DNA from: Haliotis rubra
Lineage: Eukaryota
NCBI RefSeq assembly: GCF_003918875.1
Contig: NW_025767036.1
Location: forward strand, 744,001-808,000
Length of the DNA: 64,000 bases
Direction: 5' to 3'
The notes beneath the pieces were generated by a model, which saw only the letters and a list, made by a program, of their open reading frames with translations, was not told the origin of the DNA and did not search any database. Of this stretch, positions 61,731 to 64,000 are shown piece by piece; position 1 is the first letter of the stretch; every line of letters begins with the position of its first letter. The position numbers were made by a program, and so were the translations under genes.

Positions 61731-61895
61731 GTGAGTGAGTGAGTTTGGTTTTACGCCGCTTTTAGCAATATTCCAGCAATATCACGACAGGGGACACCAG
61801 AAAAATGGGCTTCAAACATTGTACCTTTGTGGGGAATTGAACCCGGGTCTTCGGCGTGACGAGCGAACGCTTTAACCACTAGGCTACCTAACCGC
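61731..61895 (-). mobile_element. SINE family A copy (inverted partner of 61987-62151)
   Basis: Reverse complement of the family A consensus. Confidence 0.93.
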
Positions 61896-61986
61896 GGACT
61901 ATAACCACCACATCAAAACTAAATGATGATGTTTATCGCCAGAAAAACCAGACTTTATTTCATGATTCTGTTTCAAGATGCGAGAG

Positions 61987-62151
61987 GGGCGGTGGGGTAG
62001 CCTAGTGGTTAAAGCGTTCGCTCGTCACGCCGAAGACCCGGGTTCGATTCCCCACATGGGTACAATGTGTGAAGCTCATTTCTGGTGTCCCCCGTCGTGA
62101 TATTGCTGGAATATTGCTAAAAGCGGCGTAAAACCAAACTCACTCACTCAC
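61987..62151 (+). mobile_element. Young full-length SINE family A copy
   Basis: 14-bp TSD TCAAGATGCGAGAG (61973-61986, 62152-62165). Confidence 0.95.
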
Positions 62152-63754
62152 TCAAGATGCGAGAGCCGTACTTCCACACTGTATTATTATGAGGTCGCAC
62201 TTCCCTCTTAAGGACGTCATGTCTTCAACGTGATGACACTCTCTATACACTCGGAATCTCACACCGCTACAGTAATCATCTACGATTCGATCCTGGAACC
62301 ATCGTTTTCATGAGATTTGGTCGCTTGTGACTCCCCACGAGTCGGGAATTCGCAGTTAGCTCCCTTATATATTATGCAGACGAGGCAGGTGGGCACTGTT
62401 GAAGATATCGGCAGCGTTTCTATTTTAACGCTTCCAGGAATGACTGTAAACCGCACGCAGTACATATGATGAACTAGCGTTTGTTAAGAACATCCAAATA
62501 GTCGTTTCTAAAGGTATGTATTGCTCAAAGACTGATCGTGTTGTGTATTCACGCAGGCATGCCTGATTGTAACTTCATTCGAAGAGAGTATCATGCCAGC
62601 TAGTATTTCTTGTATGAACATAGGTTTTGTTAAATGCAAGCATACTGACAACGTAACGGTTTCATATTATTAAGAATTTCATATTAATGCACACAACAGA
62701 AATATAATGACTTGTCACGCATACGATCGATCGCAGTTACTACTGAGTTACCTCCCTTGTATATTGACAGACTGGTGTGAGGAATCCTTGGTGCTAGCGG
62801 AAGTGGGTTAAAATCCCTTCAAAAGACACTTTGCGTTATATGTTTATGTATCAATAACTACACTCCCACATTCGCTCCAGTGTATTACTGCGATTAATGT
62901 AATAAAATATGGTATTGAACAAATCAAACGATACATACGTCTCGGACTGCTAGTTTAGCATCATGTAAAAATAACACATGTAAAATAATGTATTCCAGCA
63001 TCACTGTGGAATTTTTTAACAATTACATGGAACAGTTCTTCTCTATTATTCTATAATTTCTATATCTTTGGTTGATTTCATGAGACTATTGAAACAATAT
63101 CGGATATAACGAGTGACTACTGATATTGGGTTGAATATAACCTCAGTATTCGAAGCGTATCACAAGGTAGACTAAAATATTAAACGTTTATTTCAAAGTA
63201 ACTGGGGCGGTGGGGTAGCCTTGAGGGTACAGCGTTAGCTGGTCACAACAAAGATCCGGGTTCGATTGCCCACATGGGTAGCCCATTCCTGTGTCCTCCG
63301 CCGTGACACGGCTGAAATAAAGGGGCTTAAAACTTAAGTCACTGACACCCTAACGTGGCTGTGTATCCCCGAAGCCCCCTTGTTACTAGCGCTTAGAGCA
63401 CCCACTAAGTGGTTGGATTTAGCGCTGTATACATTTTTAGTATTTTTAATATTATTATTAGATTCGGCGTTCATGCTATCGGCAGCTGATTTTTTATCGG
63501 TACTCCACAAATACAGGCAGCCTTCATGTATTAGACATATGTACTGCTGCGGCCTAAAAAAATATTCGTTTATAAGATACAAACTCGCCGTTTTACATTG
63601 ACAACAACACATATGTTGAACTCAGTAAGATAGTCTTAGATTGTCTACACCAACCTTTTATTATGTATGATAAACTACATATACAGCGACGGGAACAGCT
63701 GTTCCGCCAGAGTAAGTTGTGTGACTTTTCATACCAACATATGCTGTTTTACAG

Positions 63755-63862
63755 ATGGCGTCGTGGAATGAGAAAGTCACAGAATTCCTGACCTGTGTGA
63801 TCTGCCAGGAACTGTACACAGACCCGTGTACACTTAAGTGTGATCACACATTCTGCAGGTAA
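63755..63862 (+). pseudogene. Second TRIM paralog, RING exon broken by a stop
   Basis: TTTTACAG|ATG then MASWNEKVTEFLTCVICQELYTDPCTLKCDHTFCR*, homologous to 57542 onwards (AAA>TAA, TGT>TTT). Homology is lost soon after. Confidence 0.8.
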
Positions 63863-64000
63863 TTTGTCTCGCAGCCCCTGAACTACATTAGTTTCCCATC
63901 CGCCAAACTCTGGCCAAACTTTTCCCAACACATCAGCCTTAATGAAGCAAGTCTAGATTCTAGATTTCCCTCCCCAGGATCTCCATCTCCGACCCGTGAA

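Overview
Eukaryotic, AT-rich invertebrate DNA. The SINE repertoire and gene families suggest a gastropod mollusc, probably abalone-like (inference). The window is an innate-immunity cluster. It holds three Toll-like receptor genes with one coding exon each: TLR-A 12387-14903 (+, intact), TLR-B 31848-34409 (-, one in-frame stop in the first LRR) and TLR-C 48716-51178 (+, intact). It also holds a deleted chimeric TLR remnant (2655-2790), an intact two-coding-exon TRIM gene (RING, two B-boxes, coiled coil, NHL-like propeller; 57542-60062) and a second, broken TRIM RING exon (63755-63862). The intergenic DNA contains three local segmental duplications, three defective Tc1 elements, a solo LTR, several fold-back/MITE elements, about four SINE families and a 39-bp minisatellite with a 186-bp higher-order repeat. 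Two copies of a minimal Penelope-type hammerhead ribozyme motif are also present. Most notable: (1) the TLR-A and TLR-C TIR domains are near-identical at the DNA level while their ectodomains are highly diverged; (2) within that tract TLR-A carries a BB-loop Pro>Ala change, the state found in vertebrate TLR3; (3) a TLR-C-upstream/TLR-A-downstream chimeric remnant suggests recombination through the TIR; (4) the hammerhead cassette sits inside the minisatellite. All alignments were made by eye, and repeat boundaries are approximate unless a target-site duplication (TSD) is quoted.
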